This document shows, piece after piece, positions 9,926 through 19,127 of a stretch of DNA of 64,000 nt. The stretch comes from Candidatus Spongiisociaceae bacterium. Lineage in GTDB: Bacteria; Actinomycetota; Acidimicrobiia; Spongiisociales; Spongiisociaceae. Both the position numbers and the translations under genes were made by a program. The stretch covers positions 2,016,001-2,080,000 of the forward strand of contig CBDCOH010000002.1 in assembly GCA_965219685.1 (NCBI GenBank), read 5' to 3'. The notes below the pieces were generated by a model. The model did no database searches, was not told the origin of the DNA, and saw nothing but the letters and a program-made list of their open reading frames with translations. Within the stretch, counting starts at the first letter, position 1; the number at the start of each line of letters is the position of its first letter.

Positions 9926-11101
9926 GAGCACGATCCACTCGTCGCTCTGATCCACCATCCGGGTTCCCCCGTCGGGTCCCACGAGCACGTTGTCGGCGAT
10001 GCTGATACCGCCGAGCGCCGCACCGACTTCAGGGTCTTCGAAACCGATGGCCGGATGCAGGTTGATCATCATGTTCTCCTGCATGATCCGTTCCTTGCCG
10101 GGCACCCACGGCGGCTCCAGCGAGTCGATCCCGATTCCATGAGCGGTGTAGGAGTTGGCACCCATGGCCGAGTAGCCGTATGCGTCGTAGACGCGGTCAC
10201 GCGCGTCGAGGACCGTCTCGGAGGACTCTCCTGCCTTCATTGCCTGGACGCAGGCCTCGAAACTCTCGACCCGCATCTCCCAGAAGGCCTGCTGCTCGGG
10301 GGTCGGAGGCTTGAAGCTGTAAACGCGGCGGACCTCCACCCAGTAACCGAGCGGACCTCCCCACTCGAGGTCGATCACCATGATGTCGTCCTTCTCGATC
10401 ACTCCCCTGGTTCCGGGGCCGAAACAGGCGAAGGGGGCCCGTCCCATCAGGGCGATTCCCTCCATGCAGCCCAGTTGGCGGGCGAGACGGTGGGCCTCGG
10501 ACAGCACGTCCACTTCCTGGACTCCGGGACGCAACTCCGCCTCCAGAGCCCGGAACACCCGGCGCATGATGTTTCCGGTTTCGATCGTGGAGTCGATCTC
10601 CTCCTGGCTCTTGATGGCCCGCACGTCGTCGAAGAGGTCGGTCGCGTCCACCAGGTCGGCGTCCGGAAGCGCCGCCCGCATGCTGTTGTAGTCGGCCACG
10701 GATGTGATGTCGGCCAGGCCCACGATCCCGATCGTGCCGCCGGACAGGCCATGGTCGGAGAGGACCACTCCGATCTCGGTGCCGGCATCGTCGGGCTGGC
10801 GGTAGTCGTTGAGCCACCTTCCCTGCATGGCGTAACCCGTCCCCCATAGTGGATCGGTGACGAAGGTCGCCTCGCCCTCAATCGGCAGGACCACGAAACC
10901 ACGGCCCGCCCACTGGAATATGTCACTCACGTACTGGACGCGTCCCCGTACGAACTCGTCACCGCGGCTGCAGATGACGAAGGCGTCCATGCCCGCCCCG
11001 GCCATCGCTTCTCTGAGGGCGGCGTATCGTCGGGCGCGTTCTGCGTCCGAGGTGATGTGGGTTACGGGAACGTGTGTCACGGGCGGGGCTCCTATCTCCA
11101 A
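9923..11101 (-). CDS. M24 pita-bread-fold protein (creatinase/prolidase-like)
   Basis: Creatinase-type N domain, RAIKSQEEI, AHGIG motifs; metal ligands partly substituted. Confidence 0.85.
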   Translation of the reverse strand: MEIGAPPVTHVPVTHITSDAERARRYAALREAMAGAGMDAFVICSRGDEFVRGRVQYVSDIFQWAGRGFVVLPIEGEATFVTDPLWGTGYAMQGRWLNDYRQPDDAGTEIGVVLSDHGLSGGTIGIVGLADITSVADYNSMRAALPDADLVDATDLFDDVRAIKSQEEIDSTIETGNIMRRVFRALEAELRPGVQEVDVLSEAHRLARQLGCMEGIALMGRAPFACFGPGTRGVIEKDDIMVIDLEWGGPLGYWVEVRRVYSFKPPTPEQQAFWEMRVESFEACVQAMKAGESSETVLDARDRVYDAYGYSAMGANSYTAHGIGIDSLEPPWVPGKERIMQENMMINLHPAIGFEDPEVGAALGGISIADNVLVGPDGGTRMVDQSDEWIVL

Positions 11102-11193
11102 GCGCGAACTTGCGAGCCGATATTAGTTGGGGCGAACTCGACAGAATCGCGGCTATGGCGGCTTGCGTGATTCCTATGTCGGATACAATCCAG

Positions 11194-11985
11194 TCAGGTT
11201 CGCTCGAAGACGATCTGCCTCATCGACCACTCGATGGTCGACGATGTGCCGGGACCACGTGCTAGATCCTCGAGATCATCGGCCAGCCGGCCGATCTCCC
11301 CCTCGCCATAGGCATCCGCGACGAAACTCCGGTGCCGCCATGCCTCCAGGTTGAGCCGGAACATCGCCGCGGCCTGCCGGTCCGGCACCGCCATGGGCCG
11401 GATCCGGTCCACCCTCTTCTCGAGCAGCCCGGGGAGCCGGAGCGCAGCCAGTGCAGGACCTATGTACAGGGTCCTCCCCTCGTCGGAGAGCATCGAACCA
11501 ACGATTTGCAGGTAACGCGAGAATACGTGGTCGGAAGTTGTAATCGACTCCACCTCGTCCAGCAGTAAGAGGCCCCCTTGCCCGAGTTGGGATCCCCATG
11601 CCCGAACCACACTCGCCGGTTCGGCAAGGTGCGTGGCAACAAACCGCGCGTACAGGACATCGGCCGGTCCGATCGGGAAAGGAACGTCGGTGACGTCGTG
11701 AAGCAGGTACCGCTCACCTGCTCTCGCGGTTCGCCGCGCCTCGGCGATGAATAGATGCGAGGTATCCAGCCCTACGGTCTGGCGCGGCCGCAGGGTGCGT
11801 CTCACAAGACGTGTCGTATGGCCGGGTCCGCATCCGATGTCTACCGCGAGATCGGGATGATCGGGGACCGCGTAGCTCAGGAAGGCTCGCGAGGCCTCGC
11901 CGAACGTCTCGGCGAGTAGCTTCAGACGACCGGACGCGGTAGCGCTGTCACCGAACAGGTACTCCGTTTGCCCGTTGCGTGACAG
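11194..11985 (-). CDS. Class I SAM-dependent methyltransferase
   Basis: Frame is open upstream of the tracked start and contains YLFGDSATASGRL and the SAM motif VDIGCGPGHT; start probably CTG at 11985 or 11994. Confidence 0.8.
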   Translation of the reverse strand: MSRNGQTEYLFGDSATASGRLKLLAETFGEASRAFLSYAVPDHPDLAVDIGCGPGHTTRLVRRTLRPRQTVGLDTSHLFIAEARRTARAGERYLLHDVTDVPFPIGPADVLYARFVATHLAEPASVVRAWGSQLGQGGLLLLDEVESITTSDHVFSRYLQIVGSMLSDEGRTLYIGPALAALRLPGLLEKRVDRIRPMAVPDRQAAAMFRLNLEAWRHRSFVADAYGEGEIGRLADDLEDLARGPGTSSTIEWSMRQIVFERT

Positions 11986-12005
11986 ATCTACCAGCGCTCG
12001 CTCGG

Positions 12006-12830
12006 CTAGCTGAAGAGTGGCTGGCCGGGTGTGTCGAGGGTCATCACCGAGATGTGCCAGCCTCCCAGATTGGCGAGGTAGAGCTGCTCGAGGTCAGGTC
12101 CGCCAAAGGCGCAGTTGGTGGCACGGTTGATGGACAGGCCTCGCTCGTCCCTGGCCACCAACTCGATGGTCCCGTCGGGCCGGATGCGCTCCAGCGCGCT
12201 AGCCCCGAACGAGGCCGCGTACAGGTTCTGCTCCGCGTCGAATGCGAGGCCGTCGGGCATCGGGAGAAGAGCGCCGGGCGAGCACACCTGCTCAGGGGCA
12301 CCGCCGGACCCGTCCAGGGGGACCCTCACCACGTCGTCGGTTGCGGTCTGGGCGACGTACAGGTACTCGGCGGCGTTGTCTATGGCCAGCCCGTTGGCGT
12401 AGTGGAACGGGCCGGTGTGGAACACCTCGGCATTACCGTCGGGGTCGATGCGGTAGATCTCCCCGGTCGGACCCGGGTAGTCGCCGGAGCCGGATACGTA
12501 GAGGCTCCCGTCGGGCCCGAACGCCGGGAAGTTGGGTGCCCGCAGCGCCCGGCCCCCCACCGACGAGCAGAAGACCTCCCACTCGCCGCCGGGCGAGACC
12601 CGGACCACGGTGTTGTCCTGGCTGCACACGTAGCAGTAGCCGTTGCGGTCGAAGGCCAGGCCCGCCGCCATCGCCTCGATCCGGCAGAGCACGTCGGGTT
12701 GCCGGGTTTCGGGGTCTATGACGTAGATCTGCCCGGCTTCTCCCCCGGCCCACACCCGTCCGTCGGGAGCAATGGCCACGCACTCGGGATGGTCCAGCCC
12801 GGCGCTGTAGATGTCGACTCGGTACTCCAT
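12006..12830 (-). CDS. SMP-30/gluconolactonase family beta-propeller
   Basis: HPEC, PNFP, ANGL, PDGLAFD, ATNCAFGG motifs; start MEYRVD at 12830. Confidence 0.9.
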   Translation of the reverse strand: MEYRVDIYSAGLDHPECVAIAPDGRVWAGGEAGQIYVIDPETRQPDVLCRIEAMAAGLAFDRNGYCYVCSQDNTVVRVSPGGEWEVFCSSVGGRALRAPNFPAFGPDGSLYVSGSGDYPGPTGEIYRIDPDGNAEVFHTGPFHYANGLAIDNAAEYLYVAQTATDDVVRVPLDGSGGAPEQVCSPGALLPMPDGLAFDAEQNLYAASFGASALERIRPDGTIELVARDERGLSINRATNCAFGGPDLEQLYLANLGGWHISVMTLDTPGQPLFS

Positions 12831-12841
12831 GCGCACGCGTC

Positions 12842-13777
12842 CTATCGGTCGTCCGACAGCGACACTACCAACCACCCCCGGCGGGACTCGCCGCCCGGGA
12901 GTACGGGCGCCTGACCTCTGTCCACCGCGGCGGCGAGGCCGTCGGCCGGCCACACGTTGACAGGCTCCACCGCGATCGAGTTCAGCCTTCCGAACCAGGG
13001 AAACCGGGTGGCGCCCCGGTTGATCCAGACCCACGCGTACGGGAATGCATCGGCGCACCACTGCAACGTGAGGCGGTCCCCTGTGTCGGGTCGAAGGATG
13101 TGAGCCTCGGTCTCCACCGGCTCGGTGATGTACAGGACCCGCTCCGCGGGATGATCGGGCATCAGGCTCAGGTCGATGCGGCTTCCGTCCCGGCTCTCGG
13201 CCCACGGCCAATGGCCTCCGCCGTCGGAGCCCAGATCGGCCTCGGGAGTGGCGAGGCCGGACTCGCCCCGGTACCGCGCCGCTCTCAACTCCAAGCGGGT
13301 GCCGGGCGGCGCATCGAAGGCGGGATGATGTCCCCAGGCGTAGGCGAAGGCGTGATCCGACGGGTTGTGGACGACCTCTTCGATCTCGAGCCGAGACCGG
13401 TCGGGGTCCAGTCGCATCGTCCTTGTCAGCACGAGAGGGGTATGGGTGTGGCAGCGCAGCGTAGCTTCGTGTTCTCCGACCCGGTCGATCACCTGCCACG
13501 GCGCCACGGAGGCCTCACCGTGCACCGGGTGGGGAATCCCGTCGACGGTGCATCCGGCCCCGGCGTTGGGGAACATCTCCTGCCATCCTCCCCGGTGCTC
13601 GGACAGCCAGTCGAGGTCGGCCGAGTAGTAGCCGCCGCCGGCGCCGGCCCGTAACGGCCAGTCCGAGTCGATCCATGCCAGGCGGTTGACGCCCCCGGGA
13701 CGCGCAAGCCGGACGATCTCCGCCCCCCTGCTCTCGTCCATTGCGACCTCGAGATGCTCGGTTCCCAGGCGGATCAT
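12842..13777 (-). CDS. Aldose 1-epimerase/galactose mutarotase-like protein
   Basis: GGWQEMFPN, PVHGE, WGHHPAF, AVEP motifs; ATGA coupling to the upstream ATPase. Confidence 0.8.
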   Translation of the reverse strand: MIRLGTEHLEVAMDESRGAEIVRLARPGGVNRLAWIDSDWPLRAGAGGGYYSADLDWLSEHRGGWQEMFPNAGAGCTVDGIPHPVHGEASVAPWQVIDRVGEHEATLRCHTHTPLVLTRTMRLDPDRSRLEIEEVVHNPSDHAFAYAWGHHPAFDAPPGTRLELRAARYRGESGLATPEADLGSDGGGHWPWAESRDGSRIDLSLMPDHPAERVLYITEPVETEAHILRPDTGDRLTLQWCADAFPYAWVWINRGATRFPWFGRLNSIAVEPVNVWPADGLAAAVDRGQAPVLPGGESRRGWLVVSLSDDR

Positions 13778-14787
13778 TGCCCGGCGCCCGTAACGACGAT
13801 CTGCTCGGGAAAGTGGCAGGCGCTGTGCCCGCTCCCGGCCAGCCGGGGCTCGAGGCGGGGTGTCTCGCTGGCGCACAGTTCCTGTGCCTTCCAGCAGCGG
13901 GTGCGGAAGCGGCAGGCCGAGGGTGGTTCTATGGGGCTCGGCACTTCTCCGGACAGCAGGATGCGGCTGCGCTCTTCGCGGGACACGGGCTCGGGTACCG
14001 GCACCGCCGACACGAGCGCCTGGGTGTAGGGATGGGAGGGGCGGGCGAACACCTCGTCACGGTGCCCCCGCTCGACGATCCTCCCCAGGTACATGACCGC
14101 CACCCTCTCGCACACGTGTCTCACCACCGACAGGTCATGGGCGATGAACAGGTAAGCAAGCCCCAGGTCCTGCTTCAGTTCGATCAGCAGGTTGATGATC
14201 TGGGCCTGGATGGACATGTCCAGCGCCGAGACCGGCTCGTCCAGAACCAGCAACTTGGGCCGCAGTGCCAGCGCCCGCGCGATACTGATCCGCTGCCGCT
14301 GACCTCCGGAGAACTCGTGCGGGTACTTCCTGACATCGCCCGGATCCAGCCCTACCAGGTCGAGCAGTTCGGCGATTCGGGCCGCCTCCGGGCGGCGCCC
14401 CTCGTGAACCAGCAGTGGCTCCGCCACGATGTCCCCGACCTTCATGCCCGGATTGAGGGAGGCGAACGGGTCCTGGAAGACGATCTGCATGTTGCGCCGG
14501 ATAGGGCGCATCTCCCGGCGCCCCAGTTCCGTGATGTCCCGGCCCATGAAGACGATCCGGCCACTGGTCGGCGTGAGCAGCCGCAGGATCAGCTTGGCGA
14601 TGGTCGACTTCCCGCACCCGGATTCCCCCACCAGACCAAGTGCCTCCCCCTCCGCTATGGAGAAACTGACTCCGTCCACAGCCCGCAGCCACCGCCGGCG
14701 GCCGAGCGCTCCCTCCATGCGAACGGGATAGTGCATGACCACATCCTCCACCCGCACCAGAGCATCAGGCACCCCGTTCGAACTCAT
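13774..14787 (-). CDS. Oligopeptide/dipeptide ABC transporter ATP-binding subunit (OppF/DppF type)
   Basis: GESGCGKS, FSGGQRQR, LDEPVSALD, HPYT and C-terminal CRFRTRC. Confidence 0.93.
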   Translation of the reverse strand: MSSNGVPDALVRVEDVVMHYPVRMEGALGRRRWLRAVDGVSFSIAEGEALGLVGESGCGKSTIAKLILRLLTPTSGRIVFMGRDITELGRREMRPIRRNMQIVFQDPFASLNPGMKVGDIVAEPLLVHEGRRPEAARIAELLDLVGLDPGDVRKYPHEFSGGQRQRISIARALALRPKLLVLDEPVSALDMSIQAQIINLLIELKQDLGLAYLFIAHDLSVVRHVCERVAVMYLGRIVERGHRDEVFARPSHPYTQALVSAVPVPEPVSREERSRILLSGEVPSPIEPPSACRFRTRCWKAQELCASETPRLEPRLAGSGHSACHFPEQIVVTGAGQ

Positions 14788-14967
14788 CCCGCCGGAGAGT
14801 AGTGGGCCGCCGGCGAGATGATGGAGCGGTACGCGCGGGCGCACGAGCGTTGTGCTCCGCGAACTACCCGACGGGGCTCGATGGCTGCTCTCCGGTCGCA
14901 TACCTCCCGGTTGCATGACCATCAAGCGGCCATACCGCCGCAGCCGGCAAGCTCGCCTACCCGTTCA

Positions 14968-14991
14968 TGGAGTCACCTTCGAGTGACTCCA
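14968..14991. terminator. Perfect 9-bp stem-loop downstream of the protease gene
   Basis: TGGAGTCAC-CTTCGA-GTGACTCCA; no clear U tract. Confidence 0.45.
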
Positions 14992-15040
14992 ATCCTCCCG
15001 CAGGTCGAGGCGTGCGATTCACCGAGTCCGCGAGGCAGCT

Positions 15041-15451
15041 CTATCTGACTGCGATCGCGAAGTGCCCGGCGAAGTCCATCATGAAGATCGCGTTCTTGAG
15101 GACGTCGCGACCGATGAGAACATCCCAATCGTCCGAATCCGACTTGGCCTCGATCATCTCCATCTCCAGGACTTGGAGAGCCGAAGGGGTGATGAAGAAG
15201 ACCAGGCTGACTTCGTAGACGTCGAGGTCGGCTCTCCCACTCGGCGAGCTCACGGTTCGGGTGCTTACCGGTCGATCCCGTATGTTGAGGATTGCCGCGG
15301 CGGTCCTCGACACACAACTTGTCTCGGCGCCGGTGTCGAGCAGGGCCTTGAACCGGGGAATATCCCTTGCTTCCGGGAACCCACCCGCGAAGAGACCAAC
15401 TTCTATGAGAGGTCCGACCTGTTCGTCCCACTCTCCGCTATCCCCATACAT
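15041..15451 (-). CDS. Retropepsin-like (clan AA) single-domain aspartic protease
   Basis: ALLDTGAETSCVS catalytic motif and LIGRDVL C-terminal motif. Confidence 0.85.
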   Translation of the reverse strand: MYGDSGEWDEQVGPLIEVGLFAGGFPEARDIPRFKALLDTGAETSCVSRTAAAILNIRDRPVSTRTVSSPSGRADLDVYEVSLVFFITPSALQVLEMEMIEAKSDSDDWDVLIGRDVLKNAIFMMDFAGHFAIAVR

Positions 15452-15683
15452 GGGAATACCATCCCAAATCGACAACGGACGTCGTGACATGTTGGATGGA
15501 GTAGTTGCCGTACCCGAAACGTCGTCTGCCTGCCCACCGTGCTTCCTGTCCGGTGTCGAACACGTCGATCAGCGCACCGTCGTGGAGCAACGCGCACCGG
15601 CCGGGGTGTTCTTCGAGCAGTTCTGGCAACATCTCGATGAAGACTCGATAGTTGCGCCGTGCTTCTGTCTCGACTTGTGTCAT
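15438..15683 (-). CDS. Small DUF5678-like protein overlapping the protease gene
   Basis: 81 aa, LPELLEEHPGRCALLHDGALIDVFDT pattern; GGAG RBS upstream. Confidence 0.65.
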   Translation of the reverse strand: MTQVETEARRNYRVFIEMLPELLEEHPGRCALLHDGALIDVFDTGQEARWAGRRRFGYGNYSIQHVTTSVVDLGWYSHVWG

Positions 15684-15888
15684 CCCGCGCTCCGCCCTCG
15701 ACGGAACACATCACTCGGTCCTGCGTACACGCGCAGCGTCGGGATGGTTCGCCTCGACATCGCGGGACAGAACATTGTCACACACCTCATTTACGAGAGC
15801 TTAGCATCTGTGTACATTGCTGAGCCGTGTAGTTCAACCCCCTTCCTGACCTGCCCAAGCGCATCCGCACCCCTCATCGTCTCAGGTG

Positions 15889-15911
15889 TACAATCGGCTG
15901 ACCGATAGGAG
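15889..15911 (+). promoter_or_regulatory. -10 box and Shine-Dalgarno of the ThDP/PTE operon
   Basis: TACAAT at 15889-15894, AGGAG at 15907-15911. Confidence 0.55.
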
Positions 15912-15917
15912 CGGACC

Positions 15918-17681
15918 ACGGCCTATTCCACCGAGATAACCGGCGCAGCCTCCCTCGTCCGCGCCCTGGAGCGGGAAGGGATCGACACGGTCTTCGGGCT
16001 GGTGGGGCACGGGAACCTGGCCTTCGTCGACGCCCTGCAGGACAGCGACACGATCGACTACGTCACCGTGTTCCACGAGCAGGTAGCCGCCCATGCCGCC
16101 GATGCGTACTTCCGGGCGAGCGGACGGATCGCGGTGGTGACCACCACGGTTGGACCGGGATTCACCAACCTGATGACCGGGCTCGGGGACGCCATGCTCG
16201 ACTCCTCGGCCATGGTCGTCATCGCCGGCGGAATGCCGAGCGCCTACGTGGGCAAGGAACCGCTGCAGGAACTCTCCCACTCCGTCGACAACGCCCAACT
16301 CGACATCGCCCGGCCCCTCACCAAGCGGATCATCCTCGCCACCGGCGCCGCCGAGTTGGCCAACCAGTTCCACCGGGCCGTCCGGTACGCCGTCACAGGG
16401 TGTCCGGGCCCGGTGGTGCTCCAGGTACCGCTCGACTTCTTCTCGGACTGGGTGGAGCCGTCCGTGGCGAGGTTGCGACCGACCCGGCCCGGGCGCAGCG
16501 GTCCCGACTCCGGCGAGGTCGCGAGGGCCGCCGACCTGATCGCCCATGCCAAGCGTCCTCTCGTGTACGCGGGGGGCGGTGCGATCATCTCGCGTGCCTC
16601 CGCCGCCCTGACCCGGCTTGCCGACCAGTTCGGTATGCCGGTGGCCACCACCATGAGCGGCCAAGGAGCCATCAGCGAGGATCATCCCCTTTCCATCGGG
16701 TACACAGGCGTGGTGGGAACCAGGCCGGGCAACAACGCCGCCAGGCGAGCCGACCTCCTGCTGGCGGTGGGTACCCGGTTCCCGGAGATGGACTGCAACA
16801 ACTGGCGCCCGGACTACTTCACGCCGATTCCACCGAGCCGGCTGATCCACGTCGACATCGACCCGAACCAGATCGGAAAGATCTACCCCACCGACGTGGC
16901 TCTCGTCGGCGACGCTCGCCGGTCACTCGAAGACCTGGCCGCCGCTCTGGAGGGCCGCCTGAACGGCGGGGACCGGTGGGGTGACTGGCACGCGGAACTC
17001 GCACACGAGAAGCAGACCTGGGCGGACGACCTCCACGATGTCCGAACCACACCCAGCTTCCCGTACGAACCCGCTTACCTCGGGACCATGCTGCGCGGGC
17101 TCCTGCCGCCGGAGACGATCCTGATCACCGGCGTGGGCATCCGCCACGCAATAGGGCAGCACTACCCCTTCGTGGCGGAGGGCACCCAGGTGGTTGCCAG
17201 CGGGTTCGGAACGATGGGACAGGAGGTTGCCGCTCCGATCGGCGTACGGCTCGCCAGACCCGATGTGCCGGTGGTCGGCCTCGTCGGTGACGGGGCGGTG
17301 ATGGCCTGCCTGGCGGCGCTGCCCACCGCGGTGGCGGCGAACATCGACGTGGTCTGGTTGATCGCCAACAACACCGGATACGCCTCGATCGCCCTGTACC
17401 AGACCAAGCACTACGGGCGGGACGCGGGCACCTACTTCAAGGACTCGGAAGGGGTCACCTACGACCTCGACTACGTGGCCTTCGCCCGCTCGTTCGGCGC
17501 ACGGGCTGAGCGGGTAACGGATCCCGACGACTTCCCGGGGCTGCTCGCCAGTGCCCTGGAGGAGCGGGGCACATGGGTCCTGGAACTCCCCGTCACGCCG
17601 TACCCCCGCATAATCGGATCGGGCCATTGGGACGTCAACGACATTTTGGCAGCCGGCACCGAAAGGGGTCGGAGAGCCTGA
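15918..17681 (+). CDS. Thiamine-diphosphate-dependent enzyme (AHAS/IolD-like)
   Basis: TGAASLVRALEREGIDTVFGLVGHGN, HEQVAAHAADAY, GDGA...NN motif; apparent ACG start at 15918. Confidence 0.88.
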   Translation, partial: TAYSTEITGAASLVRALEREGIDTVFGLVGHGNLAFVDALQDSDTIDYVTVFHEQVAAHAADAYFRASGRIAVVTTTVGPGFTNLMTGLGDAMLDSSAMVVIAGGMPSAYVGKEPLQELSHSVDNAQLDIARPLTKRIILATGAAELANQFHRAVRYAVTGCPGPVVLQVPLDFFSDWVEPSVARLRPTRPGRSGPDSGEVARAADLIAHAKRPLVYAGGGAIISRASAALTRLADQFGMPVATTMSGQGAISEDHPLSIGYTGVVGTRPGNNAARRADLLLAVGTRFPEMDCNNWRPDYFTPIPPSRLIHVDIDPNQIGKIYPTDVALVGDARRSLEDLAAALEGRLNGGDRWGDWHAELAHEKQTWADDLHDVRTTPSFPYEPAYLGTMLRGLLPPETILITGVGIRHAIGQHYPFVAEGTQVVASGFGTMGQEVAAPIGVRLARPDVPVVGLVGDGAVMACLAALPTAVAANIDVVWLIANNTGYASIALYQTKHYGRDAGTYFKDSEGVTYDLDYVAFARSFGARAERVTDPDDFPGLLASALEERGTWVLELPVTPYPRIIGSGHWDVNDILAAGTERGRRA

Positions 17682-17728
17682 GAACCTCCGCCCCCGGCGC
17701 GTTCGGACCTATCAAGGAGGGTGTCTAA

Positions 17729-18694
17729 GTGAGCGGATCGGGCCTGATACGGACCGTTCGGGGCGACGTACCGCCCGATCCGTGGGGGATCACCAACGCC
17801 CACGCCCACCTGGTCGGCGGCGCCGACACCTCCAAGCCGCCGTTCGACACCACGGACGCCTCCGAACTGATCATGACCCTCGAAGACAGCCTCCCCGAGT
17901 TGGACGACTTCGCCCGTGCCGGAGGGTTCTGCCTGGTCGATCTGACCCCGGCCGGTATGGGCCGCGACCCGGCGGCTCTCGTTCGGGCCTCGAAGCAGGC
18001 CGGGATGCACATCGTGATGGGCACCGGCATCTATCACGAAGCCCACCATCCCGAGTCGATCGCCTCCCTGCGCGACACGGACATTGCGGAGATCCTCGTC
18101 CGGGAAATCACCCAGGGCGTGGACGGCACGACCGTGCGGGCCGGAATAATAGGAGAGCAGGGCACCTTCACCGGCCCGATGACCGACCGTGAGAAGGTGG
18201 TGTTCCGGGCTTCGGCGCTGGCGGCGGTCGAGACCGGTGCGGCGGTCACCACCCACACCCACCTCGGGCTCAACGCGTTGGACCAGATCGATGTCCTGAC
18301 GTCCCAGGGACTCTCGCCGGACCGGATCGTTATCGGTCATCTGGACGACGGCGAGCCTGACCTCGACCTGATACGCGAGATCATCAAGCGCGGTGCCTGG
18401 GCGCAGTTCGACGACATCGGCTACGAGTACTACACCGAGCGGCTCAAGATCCAGATGACCACCGACGTGGTCCGGGCGCGCAAGCTGCTCCAACTCGCGG
18501 AGGAGGGTCTGGCAGGCCAGGTGATCCTCGCCAGCGACTTCGGGATGCAGCGCCACCTGCAGGCGAGGGGCGGACCCGGGCTCGTAGTGCTCGCCGCCGG
18601 CTTCCGAAGAACGGCGCTGGAAGTGGGAGTCCCAGAGGAAGTGCTCGACCAGTGCATGATCACCAACCCGGCGACCATCCTGACCATGCGGTGA
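17729..18694 (+). CDS. Phosphotriesterase-homology (PTE/PHP) amidohydrolase, copy 1
   Basis: IRTVRG, HAHL, GIIGEQG, THT, GHLD, SD, NPA motifs. Confidence 0.9.
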   Translation: MSGSGLIRTVRGDVPPDPWGITNAHAHLVGGADTSKPPFDTTDASELIMTLEDSLPELDDFARAGGFCLVDLTPAGMGRDPAALVRASKQAGMHIVMGTGIYHEAHHPESIASLRDTDIAEILVREITQGVDGTTVRAGIIGEQGTFTGPMTDREKVVFRASALAAVETGAAVTTHTHLGLNALDQIDVLTSQGLSPDRIVIGHLDDGEPDLDLIREIIKRGAWAQFDDIGYEYYTERLKIQMTTDVVRARKLLQLAEEGLAGQVILASDFGMQRHLQARGGPGLVVLAAGFRRTALEVGVPEEVLDQCMITNPATILTMR

Positions 18695-18804
18695 GGTCGC
18701 CCATCCCTGACCCGGCGCTGCATCGAGTCCCCGCAGCGCGTGCCGCCGACCGCGTCACATGCCGGGCACCGGAAGCCGCCCGTGGGGATTGCCATACAAG
18801 GGGG

Positions 18805-18833
18805 TTGAACCTGTCACACCACTACCCCATACT
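18805..18833 (+). promoter_or_regulatory. Sigma70-type promoter
   Basis: TTGAAC-17 bp-CATACT. Confidence 0.6.
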
Positions 18834-18852
18834 TGAGGGCTACCAAGCACCA

Positions 18853-18941
18853 GAGCGGTCGGGACATCGGTACCACCCGGATCGCCGAAGGGAACAAGAC
18901 ACCGGAGCCACAGCCCGCTCAGGGACCGGCAAGACGCGCTC
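18853..18941 (+). ncRNA. Glycine-riboswitch-like single aptamer (variant or degenerate)
   Basis: GAGCGGTC/GACGCGCTC outer stem, ATCGG-TACCAC-CCGGAT hairpin, CGCCGAAGG...CGCTCAGG core; GGAGA junction replaced by GGGAC. Confidence 0.35.
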
Positions 18942-19127
18942 CGAACCCAGGAACGGTGGTGGTGGGGGAGGGCCCGGAGGCCCGGACCGCAATGGCGTTT
19001 TTCGCGACTTTGAGCCGGCGGGGGGTGCCTGGTCGAGGGGACACAGCGGAGGGGACGGCGCATATCCGCGGAGCCGCGTACGCCATTGGGCAGGGACGGC
19101 CTCTGGCACGCCGCGGGGGCCCGGCTC

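Noticed and set aside
7616-10849. Long antisense ORFs (7616..9124, 9167..10849, and likewise 33460..35745)
   Set aside because: Shadow frames expected in high-GC DNA opposite well-supported genes; no motifs
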